Part shown: piece by piece, positions 37,838-45,461 of the stretch
Position numbering within the stretch: position 1 is the stretch's first letter
Layout: the number at the start of each line of letters is the position of its first letter
Sequence record: MH252123.1
From: Klebsiella phage ZCKP1
DNA: 64,000 nucleotides
Direction: 5' to 3' (one strand)
Translations under genes and position numbers: made by a program
Notes under the pieces: model-generated
Seen by the model: only the letters and a program-made list of their open reading frames with translations
Databases searched by the model: none
Told to the model about the DNA's origin: nothing

Positions 37838-38095
37838 AGAAAATGACGCGCAGGGGCGGTGTTTGTCTCGCGCTCCCGTGTCCCCTCGCCATGTAATAAG
37901 AATAACAGATCCAGCCAGGAAAGCAAGCGATTATTTTATCTTTACATTTCTTTACAAATATATAGCGCCCAGCCTACCGGCGATCAACCTTCCAACCAGT
38001 GCCCCTGGTATGTTAGCCCCGCCTTTACGCCGTGGGGTGGCGCTTCCTCTTCTGTATGTAAAACAGTATAAGCCCGATCCCTGGGCTTGTCAAGA

Positions 38096-38362
38096 TTATT
38101 TTTTGTTTTCTTGCCAGGATAGGACACCTAACCAAAAATACATATCGCCCCGCGCCCCTGGTGGGATCTTGCTTTCCCCGCCGCCACTGCAAGCCCATAG
38201 ATAACCATTTGCGAACGTATCAAAATGATCTATCTCTTCCACCTTATGATCGCCCAGGTTGAGAACGGTTTCAACCTTTAAGCCCGTTGCGCTTGCTACC
38301 TGGTGCACCGTGCCGCCTTGCCAGCCCAATGAGTGCATAAGGTGTAATGTAGTATTTGTCAT
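38096..38362 (-). CDS. hypothetical protein, 88 aa; the only minus-strand ORF in the GC-richer segment, doubtful
   Basis: ORF track; weak RBS AAGGGCG. Confidence 0.3.
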   Translation of the reverse strand: MTNTTLHLMHSLGWQGGTVHQVASATGLKVETVLNLGDHKVEEIDHFDTFANGYLWACSGGGESKIPPGARGDMYFWLGVLSWQENKK

Positions 38363-38471
38363 GGTATCGCCCTTTCTTTGATGTGCGCCCTGGTTGGCGC
38401 GGTAGAAAGATGATAGCCCTTTCTTTTATATATAGCAAGCAAAAAGAAAATAAAAAAGATTGAAAAAGTGG

Positions 38472-38500
38472 TTGACGTTCCTCACCTGGTAGCGTAGTAT
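38472..38500 (+). promoter_or_regulatory. sigma70-like promoter P0 (TTGACG-N17-TAGTAT) opening the array; long leader, no hairpin
   Basis: seen in sequence. Confidence 0.5.
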
Positions 38501-38635
38501 TCATCTTGTCGAGGGGGGCGCGGCACAACGACAATAAACAACAGGAGGGCGCAATGTAGGACGGGCAAAGGTGAGGATCTCCATAATCCACCGTCCACCA
38601 ACAAAAAACATCATTCATCACCTGGAGTTAAAATC

Positions 38636-38833
38636 ATGGCAACATTGCACATAGTAGCGAAAGCAGGACAAATCAGCGTCGTGGTAAACGGTTTTACTGA
38701 GTTCAGTCATCCCCAGGATGATCATGAAACGGTTTTATCTTTTATTGATTCCTTGTTAGAAATGGGAGTCATTACAGAAGACCAGCACGCTACAAAATGC
38801 AAGCGCGTTAATCAAATTGCAGGGATAGAATAA
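38636..38833 (+). CDS. array ORF 1, 65 aa
   Basis: promoter P0 plus a 135-nt leader; RBS GGAG. Confidence 0.5.
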   Translation: MATLHIVAKAGQISVVVNGFTEFSHPQDDHETVLSFIDSLLEMGVITEDQHATKCKRVNQIAGIE

Positions 38834-38839
38834 AAAGTA

Positions 38840-38899
38840 TTGACAACAAACAACAACCTGATAAGATGTATCACATAGGGCGGGAAGTGGTTTCCCGCT
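38840..38899 (+). promoter_or_regulatory. promoter and 5' hairpin unit P1: TTGACA-N16-TAAGAT, then GGGCGGGAA-gtggt-TTCCCGC
   Basis: near-consensus -35 and -10; GC hairpin starts 2-3 nt after the predicted +1. Confidence 0.6.
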
Positions 38900-38923
38900 C
38901 GTAACAGAAGAGAGATTATCATC

Positions 38924-39196
38924 ATGGCATCATATAGCGCAACAATGATCGTAGCTGGCACAACTGGTAAACCTATGAGCGGTGGCGGATCTTTCGCTAA
39001 TATCAATATTGACGGGCGTTTATCCCTGGACGCAGCGATCGCCATTGCACGGGAAACATTTAAGAAAGAATGTAATTTCAACAAGCAAGATTATCTCGGT
39101 TTCGCTATTGAAAAAACCGCGCGCTTTGTTGATTATAAAAGCCCGAAAATGGTTGACACTACATTAAAAGCGCAAGATGTAGCGTTTTTGCTTTAA
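38924..39196 (+). CDS. array ORF 2, 90 aa
   Basis: promoter and hairpin unit P1; RBS AGAGAG. Confidence 0.55.
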   Translation: MASYSATMIVAGTTGKPMSGGGSFANINIDGRLSLDAAIAIARETFKKECNFNKQDYLGFAIEKTARFVDYKSPKMVDTTLKAQDVAFLL

Positions 39197-39199
39197 GGC

Positions 39200-39255
39200 T
39201 TGACATTAACGAATAATTTGTTAATATGTTACATAAAGCGGGAATAGTTCCCGCT
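39200..39255 (+). promoter_or_regulatory. unit P2: TTGACA-N16-TAATAT, then AGCGGGAA-tag-TTCCCGCT
   Basis: seen in sequence. Confidence 0.6.
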
Positions 39256-39272
39256 GTTTGTAAGGTGGTAGA

Positions 39273-39530
39273 ATGTTTTACATCAAATTAAAAGGTCACG
39301 TGATCGCGTTCAAAGATAACGCTTTTTACAGATTAGCAAAATATGCGTTAATACATCCCCACTATGTTTATATAAGGGGGCGTGATGAAATAAATATCTT
39401 TGATCAAACAACATGCGAAAACATCGAGATCCGCAAGGTTGGCGTACGTGATTATCGTACATCTTTCTACCCTTGCAAGGATTCAGCAAGTCTTTTTAAA
39501 GTATGCCAATTGTTGAAAAAAGGTGGTTAA
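39273..39530 (+). CDS. array ORF 3, 85 aa
   Basis: unit P2; RBS AAGGTGG. Confidence 0.55.
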   Translation: MFYIKLKGHVIAFKDNAFYRLAKYALIHPHYVYIRGRDEINIFDQTTCENIEIRKVGVRDYRTSFYPCKDSASLFKVCQLLKKGG

Positions 39531-39531
39531 T

Positions 39532-40089
39532 ATGGGCCGCGAATATGTGATCCAGTCTTGGGTAAAACACGAAGCAGATGATCCGCGCATCATTCCCGAT
39601 CATCTTATCGATGAATCCACGGGATATAGCGGTGAGCAAATAGGTAACAGATCAGCACGTAGTAACGGCAACGTAAAAGCGCGCTATGTGCGCCCTGGTT
39701 GGCTGGCAAATGGTAACGCTGATTTATCCAGCGCGGGAGATCCTAGCGACGGCGCGAAAGATAATCCCTTGTACAAAGTTGATCCGGCTTTTCGTGTCCT
39801 GGATGAATACCCCAGCAAGATAGCGGCGCTTGATGAAGCTCTGGAAAGTAAGCGCATCACCTGGACCGCTTACAACATGGCAAAAAACGTACTTGATGGT
39901 AAGCTGATCCAGGCTGAAAGAAAATTAGCCAAAATTGCAGCCATAGCCCAGGAGGAAGACGAGGAGACAACGGAAGAGGAAGAGTACGAAGAGATCCCGC
40001 CGTTGTTGTGTGTTGATGCTTTTCCTGATTATCAGCCGACAGAGGAAGAAAAAAGGATCGCGCTAGAAAACTTTGAAAATAGTCTTTGA
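39532..40089 (+). CDS. array ORF 4, 186 aa, with a strongly acidic C-terminal tail (EEDEETTEEEEYEEIPP)
   Basis: start refined to the ATG after AAAGGTGG; no promoter of its own, so co-transcribed with ORF 3. Confidence 0.5.
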   Translation: MGREYVIQSWVKHEADDPRIIPDHLIDESTGYSGEQIGNRSARSNGNVKARYVRPGWLANGNADLSSAGDPSDGAKDNPLYKVDPAFRVLDEYPSKIAALDEALESKRITWTAYNMAKNVLDGKLIQAERKLAKIAAIAQEEDEETTEEEEYEEIPPLLCVDAFPDYQPTEEEKRIALENFENSL

Positions 40090-40143
40090 CATATCGCCGC
40101 CACTGGCATAATATTTACCACGTAGGGCGGCAATGGTGCCGCT
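40086..40143 (+). promoter_or_regulatory. unit P3: TTGACA-N17-TAATAT, then AGGGCGGCAATGGTGCCGCT
   Basis: seen in sequence. Confidence 0.6.
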
Positions 40144-40171
40144 CATAGTGAAATTATGCAAGAGGTTTACA

Positions 40172-40267
40172 ATGATTAATAAAGAAAATAGCTTGACGGT
40201 TGGAACGATTAACGCTATCATTTTCGCCGTTCCATTTTGGGTTGTAGTAGCGGCTATTATTTTCTAA
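40172..40267 (+). CDS. array micro-ORF, 31 aa hydrophobic peptide (MINKENSLTVGTINAIIFAVPFWVVVAAIIF)
   Basis: sole ORF downstream of unit P3; RBS AAGAGG. Confidence 0.4.
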   Translation: MINKENSLTVGTINAIIFAVPFWVVVAAIIF

Positions 40268-40276
40268 AAAATATTC

Positions 40277-40337
40277 TTGACAACGTTTTTTAATCTGATA
40301 AGATGTATCACATAGGGCGGCGGAATACTTCCCCGCC
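40277..40337 (+). promoter_or_regulatory. unit P4: TTGACA-N16-TAAGAT, then GGGCGGCGGAAtactTCCCCGCC
   Basis: seen in sequence. Confidence 0.6.
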
Positions 40338-40358
40338 AAAACAAAAAAGGGTAACACA

Positions 40359-40721
40359 ATGAGCAAGCAAATCAATACTATCATGTTTAATCTGGTATCT
40401 TTCCGCGATGATATGAAAAATTTACCACGTGAAACGGTTGATATTCATGTTTCAGCTTATCGCGCCCTTATTGATATGTTACCGCTAAAACGTGATCAAC
40501 ATGCCGCTAATATGATGCTTAATGCTATGCTTAAAAAGATGATTCAAACGGATCTTACCCTGGCATATGAGTATCAAGGGCGCTTATATGCAACTTACAA
40601 CAGAGCGGTACCTGGTCTGGGAAGTACTGAAGAGTTGCACGGCTTAAACCTGGATCAAAACACTTGGGATAGTATGCGCCGCGTTATGGTATGGGCCGAA
40701 AGCGGTAAAATTTACGAATAA
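40359..40721 (+). CDS. array ORF, 120 aa
   Basis: unit P4; RBS AAAAGGG. Confidence 0.55.
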   Translation: MSKQINTIMFNLVSFRDDMKNLPRETVDIHVSAYRALIDMLPLKRDQHAANMMLNAMLKKMIQTDLTLAYEYQGRLYATYNRAVPGLGSTEELHGLNLDQNTWDSMRRVMVWAESGKIYE

Positions 40722-40727
40722 AAACGG

Positions 40728-40787
40728 TTGACACTGTTTAAAATTCTAGTATAGTTTACCACATAGGGCGGGAAATGGTTTCCCGCC
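40728..40787 (+). promoter_or_regulatory. unit P5: TTGACA-N16-TATAGT, then GGGCGGGAAatggtTTCCCGCC
   Basis: seen in sequence. Confidence 0.6.
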
Positions 40788-40809
40788 AACAATGAAAAAG
40801 GTTATCATC

Positions 40810-41175
40810 ATGGCTATTAATATTAATGTTTCCTCTTATGCTACCCTGGCTAACACGGCTAAAATTGAATTATCCAGCATTGAGGCGGTGCATATTAGCG
40901 CCCGTCGCTGGTTCCAACAGTCCTACGGTAATACATATTTTTCTTTAATGGTTGACGTTGAGATCGGCGGTAAACTGATCGAGGTGGTTAACGTTCCGTT
41001 TCAATATGGCTATGGTGATCATTTTGATACCGTCGCCCTGGAAGAGTTTAGCAAGGTTATCAACCTGGAGGGCAAAGAGTTTTCACGCGGCGCGTATCTT
41101 TCCCGTTTTTGCCGTGATAATGGGATCGCTGTATACAGTCATGCAAGCGATGTTAAACGTAAAAAAGATTTATAA
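40810..41175 (+). CDS. array ORF, 121 aa (MAININV...)
   Basis: unit P5; start refined to the ATG after AAAAAGG. Confidence 0.55.
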   Translation: MAININVSSYATLANTAKIELSSIEAVHISARRWFQQSYGNTYFSLMVDVEIGGKLIEVVNVPFQYGYGDHFDTVALEEFSKVINLEGKEFSRGAYLSRFCRDNGIAVYSHASDVKRKKDL

Positions 41176-41182
41176 AAAGCAT

Positions 41183-41241
41183 TGACAGCACGAATAAAAA
41201 GAGTAAACTGTATTACATAGAGAGCGGGAACACTTCCCGCC
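41183..41241 (+). promoter_or_regulatory. unit P6: TTGACA-N15-TAAACT, then GCGGGAAcacTTCCCGC
   Basis: seen in sequence. Confidence 0.55.
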
Positions 41242-41264
41242 TCACTGAAAAAGAGAGAAAAATC

Positions 41265-41504
41265 ATGGCTAAATCTAAAATGTACAACGGTCACAAAAAC
41301 AGAAATCATTGGAATGTAAGCCTTTGGATTAATAACGATGAATCGTTATACCGGTTGGCCCAAGATTTTATTAACGCTAATGCTAATCGTAATGATGCGG
41401 CGCGGGATATGATGCTTTTTCTGGAACAAACTGGACAAGATAAAACGCCAGACGGTTTCAAATATAGCACTACTGCGATCCGCGCCGCGATGGTTGGAAT
41501 GTAA
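41265..41504 (+). CDS. array ORF, 79 aa
   Basis: unit P6; RBS AAAGAGAGAAAA. Confidence 0.55.
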   Translation: MAKSKMYNGHKNRNHWNVSLWINNDESLYRLAQDFINANANRNDAARDMMLFLEQTGQDKTPDGFKYSTTAIRAAMVGM

Positions 41505-41512
41505 TAAAAACA

Positions 41513-41572
41513 GTTGACAACGTTTAAAATTAGTGTAAGATGTATCGCATAGGGCGGGAAGTGGTTTCCCGC
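41513..41572 (+). promoter_or_regulatory. unit P7: TTGACA-N16-TAAGAT, then GGGCGGGAAgtggtTTCCCGCC
   Basis: seen in sequence. Confidence 0.6.
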
Positions 41573-41595
41573 CAACAACAGAGAGATTAAAGATT

Positions 41596-41823
41596 ATGGC
41601 TATCAATATTGTTCGCGTATCCGGCACCGTTGGCACTTCCCAGGTTATTGCAGTTGTAACAAACAAAAAGATTAATGATGTATGTGAGATCTTGAATAAG
41701 TGGGCTATTGCTAATTTTGGGAAATATGCAAGCGTCGAGTACATCGAATCCTACCAGGTGCCAACCATCAGCCTAACCGATCTCAACGTTGATCGCCTGT
41801 TATGCCTGGATGAATTGATCTGA
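41596..41823 (+). CDS. array ORF, 75 aa (MAINIV...)
   Basis: unit P7; RBS AGAGAG. Confidence 0.55.
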   Translation: MAINIVRVSGTVGTSQVIAVVTNKKINDVCEILNKWAIANFGKYASVEYIESYQVPTISLTDLNVDRLLCLDELI

Positions 41824-41832
41824 AAAAGATTG

Positions 41833-41889
41833 TTGACACCGGAAAGAAAAAGAGTAAACTGTATTACGTAGGGCGGCAATGGTGCCGCT
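41833..41889 (+). promoter_or_regulatory. unit P8: TTGACA-N16-TAAACT, then AGGGCGGCAATGGTGCCGCT
   Basis: seen in sequence. Confidence 0.6.
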
Positions 41890-41913
41890 CACAACAGAAG
41901 AGAGATTATTACG

Positions 41914-42129
41914 ATGGCTAATATCCGCACACTGTTAAAAAATGCAAGTCAAGTTTTATTTTCAGATGACGAGTATTTCAATAAAGACATTACAGGCGTA
42001 AAAAATCTTAAAGATGTAAAGGATGTGATAGGTATTCGCGGATCTTTACGTAAAGGTGACTACTACGGCAATAAAGTACAATATAAATTAAATCAGTCTT
42101 ATGATTTTACTTTGACAATTATTTCATAA
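41914..42129 (+). CDS. array ORF, 71 aa
   Basis: unit P8. Confidence 0.55.
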   Translation: MANIRTLLKNASQVLFSDDEYFNKDITGVKNLKDVKDVIGIRGSLRKGDYYGNKVQYKLNQSYDFTLTIIS

Positions 42130-42135
42130 AACCGC

Positions 42136-42198
42136 TTGCAATCTTAATAAAATAAAGTAAACTGTATTACATCAAGGCGGCGGAATGGTCCACCGCCT
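42136..42198 (+). promoter_or_regulatory. unit P9: TTGCAA-N16-TAAACT, then GGCGGCGGAAtggtCCACCGCC
   Basis: seen in sequence. Confidence 0.55.
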
Positions 42199-42221
42199 AA
42201 CAAAGAGAAGAGGAAAACACC

Positions 42222-42389
42222 ATGATCACTTTCGCTACCCGTGAAGCCGCTCGCAACGTTGCCCGTAAAGTTAACGCCGCCAACCTGGGCGCTACGCTTA
42301 AAGCCCCGGTGAAAGATGAATCAGGCGCGTGGATCTTTCCTGGTCTGCGTCACGCTGATAAGCTAGGCACTTTAAGCCTTAAAAAATAA
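42222..42389 (+). CDS. array ORF, 55 aa (unlisted; MITFATREAARNVARKVNAANLG...)
   Basis: unit P9; RBS AGAGAAGAGGAAAA; start MITFA shared with the next ORF. Confidence 0.45.
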   Translation: MITFATREAARNVARKVNAANLGATLKAPVKDESGAWIFPGLRHADKLGTLSLKK

Positions 42390-42392
42390 TCG

Positions 42393-42430
42393 TTGACTTT
42401 TCGTTATAGCGCCCATTATAAGGCGCTATA
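42393..42430 (+). promoter_or_regulatory. promoter P10: TTGACT-N17-TTATAA with inverted repeat TATAGCGCC/GGCGCTATA overlapping the -10 (operator-like)
   Basis: seen in sequence. Confidence 0.5.
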
Positions 42431-42462
42431 GAGAAGAGAAACACTACTAACAAGGAAACATC

Positions 42463-42684
42463 ATGATCACTTTCGCTATTGTCGCCGTTGTTGCTGGTCA
42501 GGTTTACATAAACGATACATTCACCACAGAAGACAAGGCCGCAGGAGACATAACCGCCGTTTACAATGAGTGCAAGGCAGTAGAAAGGATGTTAGCGCCT
42601 TGTATGCTAATGAGTGAACGCCAGGACGGGATAACAGTGTTTACTAACATTGAGACAGGGTACCAAATGGTAGTAACAAAATAA
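42463..42684 (+). CDS. array ORF, 73 aa (MITFAIVAVVAG...)
   Basis: unit P10; RBS AAGGAAAC. Confidence 0.5.
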   Translation: MITFAIVAVVAGQVYINDTFTTEDKAAGDITAVYNECKAVERMLAPCMLMSERQDGITVFTNIETGYQMVVTK

Positions 42685-42687
42685 AGC

Positions 42688-42744
42688 TTGACACGGATTT
42701 AATTTTCAGTAAACTGTTACACGTAGGGCGGGAATAGTTCCCGC
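42688..42744 (+). promoter_or_regulatory. unit P11: TTGACA-N16-TAAACT, then AGGGCGGGAAtagTTCCCGCT
   Basis: seen in sequence. Confidence 0.6.
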
Positions 42745-42762
42745 TAAAAAGAGAGAAAAACC

Positions 42763-43116
42763 ATGAAAGCACAAAATGCAATTAAAGAGTACATCCTTGC
42801 CGCTATCGATTTTAATGATTACGGTATTACAACCGAAAAAGAGAAGATCGCGGAATTGATGCGCCGTTTTAATTCCGAGTACTGGTACCCTGATAACCAA
42901 TCACGTTTTAATTATAGTATTGTTAAAGCACTTGCATCATGGTTACAAGGTTTGCCATCAGATATTAATATCGCTTTCGAATATTGGGAAATTGATCGCT
43001 TGTTAACATCCTGGGGATACATTAAAGAGAATAGCAGCGATGATAAAATCCAACGAGAAAGGGAAAATTATTGGCTTTATATTGCAGGCGTGATCCTTGC
43101 TTGCTCTTATGAATGA
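42763..43116 (+). CDS. array ORF, 117 aa
   Basis: unit P11; RBS AAAGAGAGAAAA. Confidence 0.55.
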   Translation: MKAQNAIKEYILAAIDFNDYGITTEKEKIAELMRRFNSEYWYPDNQSRFNYSIVKALASWLQGLPSDINIAFEYWEIDRLLTSWGYIKENSSDDKIQRERENYWLYIAGVILACSYE

Positions 43117-43122
43117 TAAACC

Positions 43123-43176
43123 TTGACAATTTTACAAAACAGTTAAAATTAATAATATAGCGGCAATGGTGCCGCT
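43123..43176 (+). promoter_or_regulatory. unit P12: TTGACA (or TTTACA-N16-TAATAT), then AGCGGCAATGGTGCCGCT; the -10 assignment is ambiguous
   Basis: seen in sequence. Confidence 0.45.
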
Positions 43177-43195
43177 CATATAAAGAGGAAACAAA

Positions 43196-43342
43196 ATGAA
43201 TACATCTAATCGCGCAGAAAAAATCCAATCTTCCAAGATCCGCAAGGCCTGGAACGAGGAAGTGATCCGCAAAGGCGACAAGCGCAATAAAACAAAGCGC
43301 GGGAAGAGTGACAAATATAATTGGATGGATTTAGAGGATTAA
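43196..43342 (+). CDS. array ORF, 48 aa, Lys/Arg-rich basic peptide (unlisted)
   Basis: unit P12; RBS AAAGAGGAAAC; followed by intrinsic terminator. Confidence 0.45.
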   Translation: MNTSNRAEKIQSSKIRKAWNEEVIRKGDKRNKTKRGKSDKYNWMDLED

Positions 43343-43348
43343 CATAAC

Positions 43349-43377
43349 AAGGGCGCACCAAGCGCCCTTTCTTTTTA
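43349..43377 (+). terminator. intrinsic terminator T4 within the array (AAGGGCGCaccaaGCGCCCTT plus TCTTTTT)
   Basis: seen in sequence; identical hairpin to T5. Confidence 0.7.
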
Positions 43378-43397
43378 CATGTAGAGGATAAATAAAA

Positions 43398-43583
43398 ATG
43401 ACTTTAAACGAGCTTAAAACAGCCTACAACGCAACGTTAAAAATAGCCGTGCGTTACCGTGACGAATACGGTTTTATTGCGCAGGGCGTGATCCTGGGCT
43501 TTTCTGACGATGGTTTGATCTATGTTGATGCACATCACAACAAGGTTAAACCTGAAAACGTCATTAACATAAAATATCTTTAA
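43398..43583 (+). CDS. array ORF, 61 aa
   Basis: RBS GAGGATAAATAAAA; no promoter of its own (follows terminator T4). Confidence 0.45.
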   Translation: MTLNELKTAYNATLKIAVRYRDEYGFIAQGVILGFSDDGLIYVDAHHNKVKPENVINIKYL

Positions 43584-43589
43584 AAACGG

Positions 43590-43650
43590 TTGACACCATA
43601 ACCGGACCTGTTAAACTGTATTACATCAGGCGGGGGAATAGTTCCCCACC
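43590..43650 (+). promoter_or_regulatory. unit P13: TTGACA-N16-TAAACT, then GGCGGGGGAAtagTTCCCCACC
   Basis: seen in sequence. Confidence 0.6.
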
Positions 43651-43669
43651 ATACAAAAAGGTAAATATT

Positions 43670-43876
43670 ATGATCACCGCAAAACAAGAAAAAATTATTA
43701 TCGACGTTGCAGCCGTTGCCGCTATTGCTATTATTGGATCTTATTATGATACCCGTTTCCCGTCGGCTATGCATGAGATCGCCGCCGTTGCATCGGTTGG
43801 CGTGCTGTTTTACGTTGGTAAACGCTATTTATCACCAATGATTAACAAGCTGACACCGTGGAAAAATAAAGGTTGA
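43670..43876 (+). CDS. array ORF, 68 aa membrane protein
   Basis: unit P13; two TM helices. Confidence 0.5.
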   Translation: MITAKQEKIIIDVAAVAAIAIIGSYYDTRFPSAMHEIAAVASVGVLFYVGKRYLSPMINKLTPWKNKG

Positions 43877-43927
43877 TCCTGTTTTATATTGTGTTATAGT
43901 TATCGTGTAGGGCGGCAATGGTGCCGC
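43873..43927 (+). promoter_or_regulatory. unit P14: TTGATC-N16-TATAGT, then AGGGCGGCAATGGTGCCGC
   Basis: seen in sequence. Confidence 0.55.
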
Positions 43928-43948
43928 GCCCCCTTTGAGGATGAAATC

Positions 43949-44233
43949 ATGAGTAAAGCTAACACCGTGCTAATGTTTTCCCTGGTTAATGATGCCGCTC
44001 GCTTGTCCAACATGACGCAGGAGGGTAACACATTAACGGCAACATTCACCAATAAGCTTAATCGAGTGATCATCATCTCACTGAAAACAGTTAGTAAAGG
44101 CTTTTACTCGTTAGCTTATCATTGGATCACTGATACCAACGAGACAAGCCAAGATTATAGCGCCCCTTTCCCTGAATCAATGGCACGGGAGATCATCGCC
44201 GCCGTTGTAAATGATGGTTTGTTTACTGAATAA
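43949..44233 (+). CDS. array ORF, 94 aa
   Basis: unit P14; start refined to the ATG after GAGGATGAAATC. Confidence 0.5.
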   Translation: MSKANTVLMFSLVNDAARLSNMTQEGNTLTATFTNKLNRVIIISLKTVSKGFYSLAYHWITDTNETSQDYSAPFPESMAREIIAAVVNDGLFTE

Positions 44234-44251
44234 AATAATTTAGAAAAAGGC

Positions 44252-44279
44252 TTGCAATCATTGTCACTATCTTATCAAT
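44252..44279 (+). promoter_or_regulatory. atypical promoter P15: TTGCAA-N16-TATCAA, no hairpin
   Basis: seen in sequence; weak. Confidence 0.3.
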
Positions 44280-44299
44280 CATCTTATAAGGTGCATACC

Positions 44300-44461
44300 A
44301 TGAAAACCGCAGACATTATCAAAGAGATCGCCCTTGCCGCTGACGTTGAGATCGAGGAAGTGATCGCGCTCAATCTTACAGAAAACGATCTGCGCAACTA
44401 TGAAGCGGAAAGCGTGAAAGCAAGCGGCGCGGTCCTGGTGTATGATCCGGCTAACAAGTAA
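44300..44461 (+). CDS. array ORF, 53 aa
   Basis: atypical promoter P15 (no hairpin); RBS AAGGTG. Confidence 0.4.
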   Translation: MKTADIIKEIALAADVEIEEVIALNLTENDLRNYEAESVKASGAVLVYDPANK

Positions 44462-44470
44462 GGGGGTAAC

Positions 44471-44581
44471 ATGAATCCGAAAGATATGCAAGCATGGAAA
44501 GGGTACGACGATCTGAGCGCCTTGCGTAATAAGTCCAGCCGTAACCTTAGACGGTTGGAAGCAAAGAAAAAGAAAAAATAG
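44471..44581 (+). CDS. array micro-ORF, 36 aa basic peptide (unlisted)
   Basis: RBS AAGGGGGTAAC directly after the upstream stop. Confidence 0.35.
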   Translation: MNPKDMQAWKGYDDLSALRNKSSRNLRRLEAKKKKK

Positions 44582-44582
44582 T

Positions 44583-44639
44583 TTGACAAGTCCGCGTAGT
44601 CTGGTAATATGTATCTTGTAGGGCGGCAATGGTGCCGCT
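44583..44639 (+). promoter_or_regulatory. unit P16: TTGACA-N16-TAATAT, then AGGGCGGCAATGGTGCCGCT
   Basis: seen in sequence. Confidence 0.6.
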
Positions 44640-44659
44640 CACAAGAAGAGAGAAAAATC

Positions 44660-44944
44660 ATGAAAATCACAAAAAGCCTAACTAATTATGCAGCACGTCG
44701 CGGATTATGTTTAACCGTTGAAAACTTAGGGAAAGAAGACTTTTTGTGTTTTTGGGAGCTTGAAAATGATTGCGAGTGGATGTTTTCCTATTCTATCTGC
44801 GAAGATCAAAACGGTTGTTTGTTAACCTGGCGCGGTAATATCTATTTACCGGAAGAAATTAAAGAAGAGTTACCAGGTACGATCATGACAGAGAGACAGC
44901 TTAAGGAAGTGATCAATTTTGTAGGGCAAAACATTAAAAAATAA
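44660..44944 (+). CDS. array ORF, 94 aa
   Basis: unit P16; RBS AGAGAGAAAAATC. Confidence 0.55.
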   Translation: MKITKSLTNYAARRGLCLTVENLGKEDFLCFWELENDCEWMFSYSICEDQNGCLLTWRGNIYLPEEIKEELPGTIMTERQLKEVINFVGQNIKK

Positions 44945-44945
44945 T

Positions 44946-45009
44946 TTGACAGTAGGCAAACAACGTAGTAAAGTTTATTACATAGAGCGGCGGAATGGTC
45001 CACCGCTCA
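44946..45009 (+). promoter_or_regulatory. unit P17: TTGACA-N17-TAAAGT, then GAGCGGCGGAAtggtCCACCGCTC
   Basis: seen in sequence. Confidence 0.55.
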
Positions 45010-45029
45010 CAACAGAAGAGAAACAAATC

Positions 45030-45200
45030 ATGATCCCGACTATGTTTTATGTATCGCGCAAAGGTCACAATATTTTTTGGTCTGAAGATTTAAATGAAGC
45101 CATGACGTTTGCCCGTAATCGTGTTGCTATCGGTGGCGTTAACATCACCGTAACCGATGAAAACGGCATTGAATACTATAACGGCGACGATGAAGAGTAA
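45030..45200 (+). CDS. array ORF, 56 aa
   Basis: unit P17; RBS AGAAGAGAAAC. Confidence 0.45.
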   Translation: MIPTMFYVSRKGHNIFWSEDLNEAMTFARNRVAIGGVNITVTDENGIEYYNGDDEE

Positions 45201-45206
45201 TTAATA

Positions 45207-45229
45207 AGGCGGGGAATACTTCCCGCCAC
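45207..45229 (+). other. orphan leader-type hairpin AAGGCGGGGAAtactTCCCGCCAC with no promoter in front
   Basis: same hairpin family as the array leaders; sits directly after the ORF stop at 45200. Confidence 0.45.
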
Positions 45230-45266
45230 GCAGTGAATTTTCCGTTTGGGAAGTAAAAAATAAATC

Positions 45267-45328
45267 TTGACGATAATTTGTTATCTGATAGAATGTATTT
45301 CGTAGGGCGGGGCAATAAGGCAACGCCC
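45267..45328 (+). promoter_or_regulatory. unit P18: TTGACG-N16-TAGAAT, then GGGCG(gggcaataaggcaa)CGCCC (divergent hairpin)
   Basis: seen in sequence. Confidence 0.5.
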
Positions 45329-45346
45329 ATTAATGAGGGTAGAATC

Positions 45347-45451
45347 ATGTTAGAGAAAATTTTCACGGTTGTAATAGTGGGCCTGGCGTTATCGGTTGGA
45401 GTGGTTGCAACTATGGCTAACATGATCCTATCTTCCCACGGTATCGGCTAA
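45347..45451 (+). CDS. array micro-ORF, 34 aa hydrophobic peptide (MLEKIFTVVIVGLALSVGVVATMANMILSSHGIG)
   Basis: unit P18; RBS GAGGGTAGAATC. Confidence 0.4.
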   Translation: MLEKIFTVVIVGLALSVGVVATMANMILSSHGIG

Positions 45452-45461
45452 GGTGAAACAA

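Noticed and set aside
37863-38204. 113-aa Pro-rich plus-strand ORF (MSRAPVSPRHVIRITDPARKAS...) in the GC-rich patch after the AT-rich repeats
   Set aside because: Odd composition, no RBS, and it overlaps the minus-strand ORF 38096..38362. Most likely a chance ORF in GC-rich DNA. The real function of 37.86-38.47 kb is unclear; it could be a noncoding or promoter region for P0.
38271-38621. 116-aa minus ORF overlapping 38096..38362 and promoter P0
   Set aside because: Overlaps the P0 promoter and leader on the opposite strand and has no RBS. Likely spurious.
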